Origin: a virus
Lineage: Duplodnaviria; Heunggongvirae; Uroviricota; Caudoviricetes
IMG/VR virus record: IMGVR_UViG_3300003332_000015
Coordinates: 82,576 to 146,575 of that record
Strand: one strand, 5' to 3'
DNA length: 64,000 nucleotides
Shown here: one piece after another, positions 1 to 10,845 of the stretch
Layout: each line of letters starts with the position of its first letter
How positions within the stretch are numbered: the stretch's first letter is position 1
The notes under the pieces: generated by a model
Databases searched by the model: none
Seen by the model: the letters and a program-made list of their open reading frames with translations, nothing else
What the model was told of the DNA's origin: nothing
Position numbers and translations under genes: made by a program

Positions 1-1
1 A

Positions 2-433
2 GCGGATCCTGTAGGAGGGTATGGAATACAGAATCCTTTCGATGGGTTTACAGTTGCATTTGATAAGCATATTTATTGGGAAGGAAAAATAGTTAAAGGT
101 GGTTTTTATTCTTTTAATTTTAATCGTATAGAAGATCATCAGTATAATAACTTATTACAGATAAGAGATCAATTACATAGTATATGTATAATCAATTTAG
201 CAATCTGGCAATCAAGAAAATTCTTTTACTTTTTGTTATTTGATATTGAGCTTATAAAATATTTAAAAGATAAAAATAAAAATTCTTTTATTGGAAAGGA
301 ATTAAAACAATTTGTAGATAATAATTTATATTTAGAAGTTAAAAAAAAGGAGATAGTTAATATAGATGATTTTTTAAGTAAAATTATTTCTATAGATAGT
401 TATGAGGATATGGTAACAAAAAATGGAAACTAA
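2..433 (+). CDS. hypothetical protein, 5'-truncated at window edge (same frame as the 233..433 ORF, open to position 2)
   Basis: Frame 2 stays open from the window start into the 233..433 ORF; no stop upstream. Confidence 0.45.
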   Translation, partial: ADPVGGYGIQNPFDGFTVAFDKHIYWEGKIVKGGFYSFNFNRIEDHQYNNLLQIRDQLHSICIINLAIWQSRKFFYFLLFDIELIKYLKDKNKNSFIGKELKQFVDNNLYLEVKKKEIVNIDDFLSKIISIDSYEDMVTKNGN

Positions 434-1268
434 AATTAAAACTGACTTAAGAATTGTTAATAAAAAACATAAGACAGAAAAAGGAGTTGTCTACTCTAGG
501 ACATGTGTTTACTGTGGAAATATTGTATCCTTTCTACATACAAAAAAACCAACTGAGTGTCCTTTCTGTAATCAATCAGACTATGTAAAACCATATACAG
601 AAACACAATTATTTTTATTACAAACAAGATATTTAGAAACTAGGGAACAAGATTTATTAGCTGATATGTATATAATACTTATTGATTATTCTAAATCTAT
701 AATTAAAAAGTTATTACCAAATAGTTTTTCTTATCACTATGATGCTGTTAATGAAAAAGCACAGGATGTAACAAATATAATAATTGAATTGTATCTAACA
801 AAAAATGCTTTTAAGATAGAAAAATCTTTTGCAGGATATCTTGACTGGAAAGCAAAAGAAGTACTATGGAATAAAAAAACTCAACGTGAGGAAGATCATT
901 TAAGTCTTGAGACATTAGTACATGACGGTGAAGGTAACTCTTCAGAGTTAAATGATTTGATAGATACAACAGACGATAATCCATTCTTTAATGATTATAA
1001 TGAGTATGAAAAAAGAGAACTTATTAAGGCTGACCTAGTACAAGGTATTACTAAAATAATAAATAGAATTTTACAAACAGTACAAGTAGAATATACTTAT
1101 AAAGATACACTATTACTTCTAATAGGTGTTTGGATAGAAATAAATAATACATCGAACTTAGAGGATAGAAATAGTTTTTATGAACTGTATCATTCTAATA
1201 TAAAAAAGTTTGTAGATAAATCATTATTATTTATCTATGAATATATAAAGGATAGCCAAAGGCATTAA
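423..1268 (+). CDS. hypothetical protein with N-terminal Cys4 zinc ribbon (CVYCG...CPFC)
   Basis: Long ORF with start overlapping the upstream stop (ATGA); CxxC...CxxC motif near the N-terminus. Confidence 0.5.
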   Translation: METKIKTDLRIVNKKHKTEKGVVYSRTCVYCGNIVSFLHTKKPTECPFCNQSDYVKPYTETQLFLLQTRYLETREQDLLADMYIILIDYSKSIIKKLLPNSFSYHYDAVNEKAQDVTNIIIELYLTKNAFKIEKSFAGYLDWKAKEVLWNKKTQREEDHLSLETLVHDGEGNSSELNDLIDTTDDNPFFNDYNEYEKRELIKADLVQGITKIINRILQTVQVEYTYKDTLLLLIGVWIEINNTSNLEDRNSFYELYHSNIKKFVDKSLLFIYEYIKDSQRH

Positions 1269-1270
1269 TT

Positions 1271-1732
1271 ATGAATTTTGAAAGTGAATACGCAGATGTT
1301 TGGGAACAACGAATAAAAGAAGCATTTAAAAATAAAGGTAATAAACAAAAAACAGTTACAGATGTTCTTTGGAATATTGTAAATTTAATTTTGTTTGAGA
1401 ATGCAGGAGAAACCTTATTAAATGAGGTTTATGAATTGTTTGAAGATAAATCAGATTTTGTTAGACTAATAACTTTACTTGATGGTAGAGTTTTAAAAAG
1501 TCCTACTAAAAAAGAATTAGAGGAAACTCTTCTTTTAGCTCTTTTATATTATGAAAAAGAAATAGAAAAGAAAGAGTGGAGAGACATAGAAAAATCTTAT
1601 GATTTTAAAATACCAACTGTTAAGTATGGTATAAGAATTCGTAATTTAGATAATTGGATTAAACAAAGAACTTATGAAATTTTAAGTAAGCAAGAACAAG
1701 ATAAAAAAAGAAAGGAAGAAGATGATGGGTGA
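1271..1732 (+). CDS. hypothetical protein
   Basis: ORF tightly packed with its neighbours on the + strand. Confidence 0.45.
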   Translation: MNFESEYADVWEQRIKEAFKNKGNKQKTVTDVLWNIVNLILFENAGETLLNEVYELFEDKSDFVRLITLLDGRVLKSPTKKELEETLLLALLYYEKEIEKKEWRDIEKSYDFKIPTVKYGIRIRNLDNWIKQRTYEILSKQEQDKKRKEEDDG

Positions 1733-2192
1733 GAAAGACGAGTTTTTAGACACTGTTAGAGACTTTAAAAATAAAGAGCTTATTGATGGTGTATATAATA
1801 TTAAGGAAGCAAATCCATTAGATAGTTTAAAAGCAACTCTATTTAGTTTTTTTGAAACAAGACTTTCTAATTTACAACAAGAGGAAACTTTTAAGACTAC
1901 TATTAAAAATGCTTTACTAGATAAGATAGAACTAGGTGAAGTAAGTTTTAATCAGTTAATGCAATTGTATAAAGAAATTCAAATGGCTAATACTAAAGCA
2001 GTTGATTCAATATTAGATATTTTAAAACCAGCTCCAGCAGGAACAGTTTCTTTATTGGTTAGTTCTCCTAAGGTTGAAGAGGAACACGATGATCGTTTTA
2101 ATTCTTTAAATCCTGAAGAAAGAGATTTACTTACAAAATTATCAAGTTTTGTAAATAGAATTTCTGAAGAGAAAGTAGTCCCAGATGAATAA
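1722..2192 (+). CDS. hypothetical protein
   Basis: ORF overlapping the previous stop. Confidence 0.45.
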   Translation: MMGEKDEFLDTVRDFKNKELIDGVYNIKEANPLDSLKATLFSFFETRLSNLQQEETFKTTIKNALLDKIELGEVSFNQLMQLYKEIQMANTKAVDSILDILKPAPAGTVSLLVSSPKVEEEHDDRFNSLNPEERDLLTKLSSFVNRISEEKVVPDE

Positions 2193-2703
2193 AGGTAAAT
2201 TAACATTTGATAGTTTTGTTGAATTTTATGAAAAATATGGTAAGACACCTAATCAAATTAATAAACCTAAAAATAAGTTTAATGAACAACAATTACGTTC
2301 TAAGTATGTATCATATTCAAAAACATACGATAAAAAAATAGAAAAATTAAATAAAGTTGATGAAAGGATGGAAGAAGTTTTTTCCTTAGTTGATGTTCGT
2401 GATAATTTTTCTTGTCGTCTTTTAATTAAATTAAGTACACAAGAATTATTTTATATAAGTCGTACAGTAGGAAACTACTTTTTAAAACCTATAGATCATG
2501 CACACATCTTTCCTAGGAGCACTCATCCTCACTTAAAATATGATGTTGATAATATTGTTTTATTATCTCGATTATTCCATTCTCGATTAGATGAATTTAG
2601 AGATCCTATAACAGGAGAGTACATAGGAAAAGTTATGGCAGGAAAATGGTGGTGCTTCATATTGGGTAGTCCTCAATTCAATTCTTTAATTAAAAAAACT
2701 TAA
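2185..2703 (+). CDS. HNH-endonuclease-like protein
   Basis: C-terminal DHAHIFPRS...NIVLLSRLFH pattern resembles the HNH His-Asn-His motif. Confidence 0.45.
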   Translation: MNKGKLTFDSFVEFYEKYGKTPNQINKPKNKFNEQQLRSKYVSYSKTYDKKIEKLNKVDERMEEVFSLVDVRDNFSCRLLIKLSTQELFYISRTVGNYFLKPIDHAHIFPRSTHPHLKYDVDNIVLLSRLFHSRLDEFRDPITGEYIGKVMAGKWWCFILGSPQFNSLIKKT

Positions 2704-2732
2704 ATAAATATTATTATAATAGTATAGAGGTT
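2703..2732 (+). promoter_or_regulatory. phage promoter motif (AT-rich TTATTATTATA box)
   Basis: aatattattataatagtatagagg upstream of recA. Confidence 0.45.
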
Positions 2733-2740
2733 ATAAATAC

Positions 2741-3826
2741 ATGGCGAAAACAAAAGTAAAAAATAATGAAAATGAATATCAAGACGAACTACAAAAATTA
2801 GATGAATTACTTAAAAATATGGGTAAAAAATATGGACAAGGGGCTGCTCTTAGAGCTGATAAAATGGATGAAGCTTCACGTAAGATTTCTCGATGGCCTA
2901 CAAGTTCCCCTCAATTAAATTATGTTTTAGGTGGAGGAATTCCTAAAGGAAGAATTATTGAAGCTTTCGGTCCTGAAAGTGGTGGTAAAACAACTATAGG
3001 AACTTTCATGGGAGCAGAGATTCAAAAGCAAGGTGGTAGAATAGCTATTGTTGATGCTGAGAATTCTTTTGATTTAACTTATGCAGAGACACTAGGATTA
3101 GACATTACAAAAACAGTTTTTTCACAACCATCTTCAGGAGAGGAAGGCTTAGGACTTGTTGAAGATTATTGTCGTTCAGGTTTATTTAGTTTTGTTATTG
3201 TAGACTCAGTAGCAGCTCTTACTCCACAAGCTGAAATAGATGGTGAAATGGGTGATCAGCAAATGGGTTTACAAGCTAGACTAATGGGTAAAGCTCTTCG
3301 TAAGATTACTTCTATATCTGCTAAAACAGAAACAACAGTTTTTTTTATAAATCAATTAAGAATGAAAATTGGGGTTATGTTTGGAAATCCTGAAACTACA
3401 CCAGGCGGAAAAGCATTACCTTTTTATAGTTCTATTAGACTTGATGTTAGAAAGGCTGAATATATTAAAGAGGATGAAGATAATGTTTTAGGTATTATTA
3501 TTAAAGTAAATGCTAAGAAAAATAAAACAGCACCTCCTTTTAGAAAGGCTGAAATAGAAGTTGTTTTTGGTAAAGGTGTACAGTATGAAAAAGAATACTT
3601 AGCTTTTGCAGTCGACTTTGGTTTTGTAATAAAAGCTGGTAGTTGGTATTCTTATAAAGAAGAAAGAATAGGTCAAGGTAAAGTAAATGTTACTTCTTTC
3701 TTTAAATCAAATCCTGAGTTTTTTCAAAAAATAAAAGATAGTGTTGATAAAGCACTATCAGGAGGGATTGTAGTTGAAGATGATGTAGTTGAAGATGTAG
3801 TAACTATTACAGAGACTAAGGAGTAA
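2741..3826 (+). CDS. recA: RecA recombinase (bacterial type)
   Basis: Walker A GPESGGKTT, the RecA-typical KMDEASRKISRWPTSS/ALGGGIPKGRIIE region and an L2-loop-like segment; preceded by a promoter motif and RBS. Confidence 0.9.
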   Translation: MAKTKVKNNENEYQDELQKLDELLKNMGKKYGQGAALRADKMDEASRKISRWPTSSPQLNYVLGGGIPKGRIIEAFGPESGGKTTIGTFMGAEIQKQGGRIAIVDAENSFDLTYAETLGLDITKTVFSQPSSGEEGLGLVEDYCRSGLFSFVIVDSVAALTPQAEIDGEMGDQQMGLQARLMGKALRKITSISAKTETTVFFINQLRMKIGVMFGNPETTPGGKALPFYSSIRLDVRKAEYIKEDEDNVLGIIIKVNAKKNKTAPPFRKAEIEVVFGKGVQYEKEYLAFAVDFGFVIKAGSWYSYKEERIGQGKVNVTSFFKSNPEFFQKIKDSVDKALSGGIVVEDDVVEDVVTITETKE

Positions 3827-3836
3827 ATATTTAATA

Positions 3837-6104
3837 ATGTTAAAATTTAAATTTATACAGAATATAAGTAATGAAATATTTGAACAAAAATACATGGGAC
3901 CAGATGATGAAAGTGTTGATTCAATTTTTAAAGAGGTTTCTACAGAGATAGCATCTGTAGAATCTAAACCTATTAAGGATTCTTTAACAGCACTTTTTCA
4001 TGAAGAGTTATCAACTACTAGGTTTATACCTGGTGGGCGTATATTTGCAAATGCACGTTCTAAAAAAAATGTACATAATTATATTAATTGTTTTACAATT
4101 AACATTGAAGATTCTATTGAAAGTATTGCAGATGCTATAAAAGAGTATATGTTAATATTAAAAAGTGGAGGGGGAGTAGGTTTTAATGCTTCCGCAATAC
4201 GACCTGAAGGAGCTGTTATATCTACTGGTGGTATAACTTCTGGTGTAATGTCTTTCTTAGAAATTTTTAATACTGCAAGTGCCCAAATATCTGTTGCTGG
4301 AAATAGAAGAGGTGCATCTATTGTTGTTCTTAATATTGATCACCCTGAAATAGAAAAATTTATTACTTATAAACAAGGTGATGAAAATGAAGTATTAAAA
4401 CAATTTAATATTAGTGTTGGTGTATCAGATGCTTTTATGGAAGCATTAAAAAATGATGGTGATTGGGATTTAGTATTTAATCAAAAAGTTTATAAAACAG
4501 TTAAAGCAAAATACTTGTATGATTTAATAACTAAAAATGCTTTCGAACATAATGAACCAGGTCTATTTAATTTAGACACTGTTAATAAAAATAGTAATTC
4601 AAGATATTTATATTATATACAAACTGTTAATCCTTGTGGTGAACAACCTTTACCTATATATGGTAGTTGTGATTTAGGTGCATTAAATCTTTCTAAATTT
4701 ATTTTACATCCTTTTACTTCTAAATCAGTAATTAATTGGAAACAGTTAAGAGAATCAATATCGTTAGCTGTTAGATTTTTAGATAATGTATTAGATACTA
4801 CAGAATATCCTTTAAAGAAAATTAAAAAAATTGCATTGTCCGAACGTAGAATTGGATTAGGATTTACTGCATATGGTGATATGCTTAGTATGCTACAAAT
4901 TATTTATGGTAGTGAAGAAGCAAATAAGTTAACTGAAAAGTTAGGTGCTTTCTTTAGAGATGTTAGTTATGAAACATCTATTGAGTTAGCAAAAGAAAAA
5001 GGTTCTTTTAATAAATTTGATTTTAGTGGTTATTCACAAAGTGAGTTTTATAAAAGATTACCAAAAAAGATACAAAAAGATATTGAAAAATATGGTATAA
5101 GAAATATTGCTATTAATACAGTAGCACCAACAGGAACTACAAGTTTTTCTTTAGGTCAAAATTGTAGCTCTGGTATTGAACCTATTTTTTCTTTACAGTA
5201 TGATAGAACAATTCGTTTTGGAAAGGGTGATGAAACTAAGGTAGAGACAGTTTATGATAATGCTTGGTTAGAATATTTAGAGTATTTAAAAAATAATAAT
5301 TTTGAGTTTAGTGGAATACCTCCTTATTTTATAATCTCTAGTGAAGTTGATCCTTATGATCATGTTAAAGTCCAAAGTATATGGCAAACCTATATTGATG
5401 CTAGTATTTCTAAAACAGTTAATTTACCAAAAAAGTATACATTAGAACAGTACCAAGATTTATATAAATATGCTTATGATTTAGGTTTAAAAGGAATAAC
5501 TAGTTTTAACCCTAGTGGATCTATGAAAGGTATATTAGAAGATTCTGAGACAAGTAATAATGAATTAAAAAGAACTTTAGAAGGAGTTATAATTCGCCCT
5601 AAAAAAGTTCCTTGTGATATTCATGAAGTAAAGTTAGATGGTAATAACTATCTTGTTTTAGTTGGTATTTTAGATGGAAGACCTTATGAAGTTTTTGTAA
5701 CAGCAAATATAGATAAGAAAGACTATCCTATGAAGGGGAAGAAAAAAGGAGTTATACACAAAGTAAAAAAAGGGTTATATAATTTAGTTATTCCAAATGG
5801 AGAAAATCAAATTTATATAGAAGATATAACAAATAAATTTGATCCTATATACCTTACCTTAGGTCGTTTTATCTCCATGAGTTTAAGGTCTAACCATCCA
5901 TTACAGTTTATAGCAGAACAACTGCTTAAAGATAAAAATTTTGTTGGATTTGAAAAGACAGTAGGAAGAGTTCTAAAGAAATATATATCACAAGATGAAA
6001 AAGTTAAATCTTCAACAATGTGTGAGAACTGTGGTAGTACTAATTTAGTTTATCGAGATGGATGTGTTACTTGCTTAGATTGTGCAAATTCAATATGTGG
6101 ATAA
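3837..6104 (+). CDS. nrdJ: ribonucleotide reductase, class II (B12-dependent, NrdJ-like) with C-terminal zinc ribbon
   Basis: NPCGEQPLPIYGSCDLGALNLSKF active-site motif typical of class II RNR; C-terminal CxxC...CxxC. Confidence 0.75.
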   Translation: MLKFKFIQNISNEIFEQKYMGPDDESVDSIFKEVSTEIASVESKPIKDSLTALFHEELSTTRFIPGGRIFANARSKKNVHNYINCFTINIEDSIESIADAIKEYMLILKSGGGVGFNASAIRPEGAVISTGGITSGVMSFLEIFNTASAQISVAGNRRGASIVVLNIDHPEIEKFITYKQGDENEVLKQFNISVGVSDAFMEALKNDGDWDLVFNQKVYKTVKAKYLYDLITKNAFEHNEPGLFNLDTVNKNSNSRYLYYIQTVNPCGEQPLPIYGSCDLGALNLSKFILHPFTSKSVINWKQLRESISLAVRFLDNVLDTTEYPLKKIKKIALSERRIGLGFTAYGDMLSMLQIIYGSEEANKLTEKLGAFFRDVSYETSIELAKEKGSFNKFDFSGYSQSEFYKRLPKKIQKDIEKYGIRNIAINTVAPTGTTSFSLGQNCSSGIEPIFSLQYDRTIRFGKGDETKVETVYDNAWLEYLEYLKNNNFEFSGIPPYFIISSEVDPYDHVKVQSIWQTYIDASISKTVNLPKKYTLEQYQDLYKYAYDLGLKGITSFNPSGSMKGILEDSETSNNELKRTLEGVIIRPKKVPCDIHEVKLDGNNYLVLVGILDGRPYEVFVTANIDKKDYPMKGKKKGVIHKVKKGLYNLVIPNGENQIYIEDITNKFDPIYLTLGRFISMSLRSNHPLQFIAEQLLKDKNFVGFEKTVGRVLKKYISQDEKVKSSTMCENCGSTNLVYRDGCVTCLDCANSICG

Positions 6105-6198
6105 TTTTTTAATATTTTTTTTAAAAAATTTAATTTTAATATTATTATGTTTATACGTACTATAAATCTGTCCTAAAAATGAAAAAAATAACTACTAA

Positions 6199-6897
6199 AT
6201 GTATATAGGAGTTTTTATGAATTACAAATTAAAGTATAATTTATCAATAGTAGCATTATTTATTGTTATTACATTATTCCGTATAGGAGTACAGTTTGAT
6301 AATAAAATAAAATTTTTAGAAGGTGAAAATACTATATTAATATCTAGTTTAACACGTACTATAATTACTATGGACTATATGCAACAGTTTAAAGAGTTAT
6401 ATAATAAACCACCTACTATGTTATGGCCTATGATGTTAGAAGACTATAAGTATATGAGTTCTTATAAAGGAATTAGAGATATTCCTAAGACATTATATAC
6501 TGGAGGTTCTTTAACAAGAGAACATGATGGAGTTGATATAGTAGGAGAAAAGATTAAAATTGATGGTATAGAAGGTGCAAGAATTATAAATGTTTATGAT
6601 GGTGTTGTTATAGATCATTATCTTCCTCCAGGTTGGCATAACGGTAAGTTATATACTGGAGATCCTGAGTTAGGTGGAAAAGTAGTAATACTACATGATA
6701 ATGGTTTTACTTCTGTATCAGGACATATGGACTGGACTAATGTACATATAGGACAAAGAATTCCTGCTGGATATGTTATTGGTAGACAAGGAAATAGTGG
6801 GATGAGTACAGGGCCACATTTACATTTTGAATTATATGATGAGAACATGAAATTATTACAACCACTGTTTTATATAAAGGATCCAAACGATGTCTAG
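6199..6897 (+). CDS. M23 family metallopeptidase with N-terminal transmembrane segment
   Basis: HxxxD...GxSxG...HLHFE (M23 HxH) motif; hydrophobic N-terminus. Confidence 0.75.
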   Translation: MYIGVFMNYKLKYNLSIVALFIVITLFRIGVQFDNKIKFLEGENTILISSLTRTIITMDYMQQFKELYNKPPTMLWPMMLEDYKYMSSYKGIRDIPKTLYTGGSLTREHDGVDIVGEKIKIDGIEGARIINVYDGVVIDHYLPPGWHNGKLYTGDPELGGKVVILHDNGFTSVSGHMDWTNVHIGQRIPAGYVIGRQGNSGMSTGPHLHFELYDENMKLLQPLFYIKDPNDV

Positions 6898-7099
6898 TTG
6901 TGTACTAATAGTTAAAGAGAGTTGCTTAAAAGACGTTTTTGACGAGCTACAAGAGCAAATAGTCGAGCATGGTCTACTAGTAAGAATCATGGAAGAAAGT
7001 GAATTTAATAGTATGATGAACATATTAAAAGAAGATGAATATAAGGAAGAAAATGATGGGCAAAAACTTCTCTATGGCAAACAAAGGTCAAAGGAATAA
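6890..7099 (+). CDS. small hypothetical protein
   Basis: 69-aa ORF overlapping neighbours; weak. Confidence 0.25.
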   Translation: MSSCVLIVKESCLKDVFDELQEQIVEHGLLVRIMEESEFNSMMNILKEDEYKEENDGQKLLYGKQRSKE

Positions 7100-7640
7100 A
7101 TCAGATTTTTACCAAACTCCCTATAGCTTAACTAGGGAATTATTAAATCATGAATTGTTTGATTTTAATTTATCTGTATTAGAACCAGCTTGTGGACAAG
7201 ATGCTATAGTAAAAGTATTAAATGAAAGATTTAATATAAATTGTGTAGTTAAAGGGGATATACAAAAAGGTGTAGATTTTCTTAAATTTGATGGTATAAC
7301 TTTTCCTTATTTAATAACAAATCCTCCTTTTTCTTTAGCTTATGAATTTATTGTAAAAGCAAAAGAAGTTACTGAAGATAAAATAGCGATGGTATTACCT
7401 CTAAATTATTTACATGGTCAAAAAAGATATGAAACATTGTGGAAGGATAAAGAATTCCCATTAAAAAAAGTTTATGTATTTAGTCGATATCCTATGTTAA
7501 CAGATAAAGTTAGGGAAGATGGACTGTTTAATACTGGTATGATGGTGTATATGTGGGCAGTCTGGGAAAGAAGTTATACTGGATTACCTTATATAGATTG
7601 GATTGATATTAATAAATATATAATTAAAAAGAAAAAATAA
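7053..7640 (+). CDS. N6-adenine DNA methyltransferase
   Basis: LITNPPF catalytic motif (NPPF/DPPY class); start moved to the ATG after AAGGAAG. Confidence 0.6.
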   Translation: MMGKNFSMANKGQRNKSDFYQTPYSLTRELLNHELFDFNLSVLEPACGQDAIVKVLNERFNINCVVKGDIQKGVDFLKFDGITFPYLITNPPFSLAYEFIVKAKEVTEDKIAMVLPLNYLHGQKRYETLWKDKEFPLKKVYVFSRYPMLTDKVREDGLFNTGMMVYMWAVWERSYTGLPYIDWIDINKYIIKKKK

Positions 7641-7706
7641 GTTTTTTTAAAAAAATGAAAATAAATATTATTGTATTAATACAAAGATACAATAGGAGAA
7701 AAACAA

Positions 7707-8051
7707 ATGAGTGACGAAGAGGTAGTTAACAATGGTGCTTTTTTAGATTCTTTGATTAGATCAAACTCAAAGATTAAGAAAGACAGGGCAACAGCGATTG
7801 GAGAAGATACTCAGGTTCTTTACAAAAGGAATATTGAGGATTTAGAGATTTCTGTTAAGAGAATGAAAAGAGAACAGGAGAATATGATGGATTTATCTCC
7901 TGAGAATGCTACAAGCTTAATGCTTGCAAGCGATTTTGACTCTTCCGCATATGTTGAAAAGGATGTTGATCTTGGTGTCAAGATTCATAATACAACTATT
8001 AAACTGGACATCGCAAAGAAAAGATATAAATATCTTTTTGGAGGTGTGTAA
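7707..8051 (+). CDS. hypothetical protein
   Basis: ORF with RBS (AGGAG) upstream. Confidence 0.45.
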   Translation: MSDEEVVNNGAFLDSLIRSNSKIKKDRATAIGEDTQVLYKRNIEDLEISVKRMKREQENMMDLSPENATSLMLASDFDSSAYVEKDVDLGVKIHNTTIKLDIAKKRYKYLFGGV

Positions 8052-8911
8052 TGGGTAGTGGAAGTTATTCTGTAGCTGATTCAATGATGAGGACAGCGAA
8101 TTTTTATTCTGCTGATGTCTCCCGTGATGAAATATTTGTACAGCGTAAAATCACAAATGATATGGATCCTGCAAATACTATTCGGGAATGTTGTGATTCT
8201 GAAGAACATCCAAATACAATTCCAATCATTGTAGCTCTTGATGTAACAGGTTCAATGGGGAGTATTCCTGACCAATTTATTAGAGAGTCAATGACAAAGA
8301 TGATGGACATTTTATATAGAAGTGGATTAAGAGATACTCAAGTATTGTTCCTTGGAATAGGTGATCACGAGTGTGATATTTCTCCTTTACAGGTTGGTCA
8401 GTTTGAAGCTGATGATGAACTTCTTGATAAGTGGTTGAAAGATATCTATCTTGAAGGTGGAGGAGGAGGTAATGCTGGTGAGAGTTATTTACTTGCTTGG
8501 TATTATGCAGCTCGAAATACTAAAATTGATTCTTTTGATAAAAGGAGTAAGAAAGGTTTTCTATTTACAATAGGAGACGAACCCTGTTTAAAACACTTAC
8601 CCGCTAATGCTCAAAAAAGTATTTTTGGTGATAATGGTATTTATAATGATATAACTGCTGATAAACTTCTTGAAGAAGCAAGTGAAAAATATAATGTATA
8701 TCATTTTAATGTAACCGATACTTATAGAGGTAGTCTTGTTAAAGACACTCAGGAAGGTTGGAAGCAAAGAATGGGAGATCGTTGTATAATTGGTCCTCAG
8801 ATAGAAATTGCTGAAAAGATTGCTAATATTGTAAAAGATAATGGGGTTGGAGTTCCTGCTAAAAAAGTAGACAATCCTATAGAGGACAAAGCTGAAGTTG
8901 AAATGATGTAA
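8051..8911 (+). CDS. von Willebrand factor A (vWA) domain protein
   Basis: MIDAS-like motif IIVALDVTGSMGS (DxSxS). Confidence 0.55.
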   Translation: MGSGSYSVADSMMRTANFYSADVSRDEIFVQRKITNDMDPANTIRECCDSEEHPNTIPIIVALDVTGSMGSIPDQFIRESMTKMMDILYRSGLRDTQVLFLGIGDHECDISPLQVGQFEADDELLDKWLKDIYLEGGGGGNAGESYLLAWYYAARNTKIDSFDKRSKKGFLFTIGDEPCLKHLPANAQKSIFGDNGIYNDITADKLLEEASEKYNVYHFNVTDTYRGSLVKDTQEGWKQRMGDRCIIGPQIEIAEKIANIVKDNGVGVPAKKVDNPIEDKAEVEMM

Positions 8912-8929
8912 AGTATTTAGGGAATTAAA

Positions 8930-9751
8930 ATGAAGAGATATGGTTATGTCTATATAACAATTAATTCAGTTAATAATAAAAAATATATTGGACAACATAT
9001 CTCTTCTGAATTTGATTGTTTATATAGAGGTTCAGGTTCCCTCATAGTAAAAGCAATAAAAAAATATAGAAAAAGAAACTTTAAAGTAACACTTTTGGAA
9101 TGGGCGTACTCTTTAGAAGAGCTTAACTCTTTAGAACAAAAGTATATTAGAAAGTATAATGCAGTACAGTTAGACGAATTCTATAATTTAGAGTCAGGAG
9201 ATAGAAACTGTCCTTGTTCTGAAGAGAGAATTCAAAAATATAAGAATACTGTTTACAATACTATTGAAAGTAATGGGTTAACTATTGCCCAAAATATTGG
9301 TCTTAAAGTTTCTAAATCACAGAATGAAATTCAAGAAAATGGAAAAACTAAAGTACAAAATTCTGGTAAAAAGTTTTCTAAGGCAGTAACAACTACTATA
9401 CAAGAAAATGGTTTAACTATAGCACAGAATATAGGAAGAAAGTCAATAGCATCACGTAAACGAATAGAAGATAATGGTTTAACCGTTGTACAAAATACTA
9501 ATATTAAATCAGCAAAAGTTAAAAAAAATACAATATTACCTAATGGTTTAAGTATTGCTCAAGACGCATCTATAAGAGCAGCTAAAACAATGAAAAAAAT
9601 TGAGAGTAATGGAAAAACAATAAAACAAAATAGATTAGAAAAAAGACAGAAAACAATGGCTAAGATAGGTGAAGATGGATTAAATGGATTCCAAAGATCT
9701 TCACTTAGATGTAAAGAAACAAAACTAAAAAATAAGAGGAATAAAAAATGA
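8930..9751 (+). CDS. GIY-YIG homing endonuclease with NUMOD3-like repeats
   Basis: N-terminal YGYVYITIN...YIGQ (GIY-YIG) and repeated NGLTIAQNIG... units. Confidence 0.75.
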   Translation: MKRYGYVYITINSVNNKKYIGQHISSEFDCLYRGSGSLIVKAIKKYRKRNFKVTLLEWAYSLEELNSLEQKYIRKYNAVQLDEFYNLESGDRNCPCSEERIQKYKNTVYNTIESNGLTIAQNIGLKVSKSQNEIQENGKTKVQNSGKKFSKAVTTTIQENGLTIAQNIGRKSIASRKRIEDNGLTVVQNTNIKSAKVKKNTILPNGLSIAQDASIRAAKTMKKIESNGKTIKQNRLEKRQKTMAKIGEDGLNGFQRSSLRCKETKLKNKRNKK

Positions 9752-10845
9752 GTCAATCAATTGTTTTGGGTTTAGGTTTTGGAGATGAAGGAAAAGGTTT
9801 AGTAACAGATTGGTTATGTTCTAAAGTATTTAAACCTGCTGTTATAAGATATTCAGGTGGACATCAAGTTGGACATTGTGTACGTACTGAAACAGACAAA
9901 CATATTTTTTCTAATTTTGGTTCTGGTACGTTAAGAGGTGTTCCTACATTTTGGAATGCAAAGACTGTTGATCCTGTAGGATTTTGTAAGGAGTATAAAG
10001 TACTTTCTTCTTTTGATCCTATTATACAGATCGATCCCTTGTGTCCAGTTACTACTCCTTATGAAAAAGAATTAAATCAAATAAATGAAATAACAAATAA
10101 TCATGGTAGTATCGGAGTTGGTTTTGGTACTACCATTGAAAGAGAAGAAAAAAATTATCATTTGTATTTTCAAGATTTATTTTATCCACCATTACTGCAA
10201 GCAAAATTAGATAGTATAAAAAAGTATTATAGAACTGAAAAAAATATAATGGTATACCCAAAGGTTATTACACAATTTCTTAATAGTTGTCAAGAAATGA
10301 CTAAATTAGTAAAAACTGATTTAGATGTATCAGATGGATATAATCATATTTATGAAAGTTCACAAGGTCTAATGATAGATATGGACTATGGTATTTTTCC
10401 TAATGTTACACGTTCCAAATTAGGAACACAAGAACTTGAAGTAAATGAATTTACAGACTACTTTTTAGTAACAAGAGCTTATCAAACAAGACATGGAAAT
10501 GGTTATTGTTCTGATAGATCATACACTCCTTCAGGTTTTACTGTAGATGAAACAAATTTTCAAAATAAATATCAAGGTGAGTTTAAAACAAGAATTCTTG
10601 ATTTAGATTTACTAAAGTATGTAATGACTATTGATAAAGGAATAAGAGAATCTAATAGAAAGAATTTAGTTATTACATGTTTAGATCATATGAAGACTTA
10701 TGAATTTATGTATAAAGGGAAAATTGTTGTTTTTGAAAATGAATATTATTTTATACAGGCTATTGGTAATATTTTACCAAAAGTAAATTACATATATTTA
10801 AGTCATGGACCAACAGCAGAAGACATAGATTTATTTATATCATGA
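9748..10845 (+). CDS. purA: adenylosuccinate synthetase-like protein
   Basis: N-terminal GLGFGDEGKGLVTDWL P-loop and GVGFGTT motif are characteristic of PurA; shorter than bacterial PurA. Confidence 0.65.
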   Translation: MSQSIVLGLGFGDEGKGLVTDWLCSKVFKPAVIRYSGGHQVGHCVRTETDKHIFSNFGSGTLRGVPTFWNAKTVDPVGFCKEYKVLSSFDPIIQIDPLCPVTTPYEKELNQINEITNNHGSIGVGFGTTIEREEKNYHLYFQDLFYPPLLQAKLDSIKKYYRTEKNIMVYPKVITQFLNSCQEMTKLVKTDLDVSDGYNHIYESSQGLMIDMDYGIFPNVTRSKLGTQELEVNEFTDYFLVTRAYQTRHGNGYCSDRSYTPSGFTVDETNFQNKYQGEFKTRILDLDLLKYVMTIDKGIRESNRKNLVITCLDHMKTYEFMYKGKIVVFENEYYFIQAIGNILPKVNYIYLSHGPTAEDIDLFIS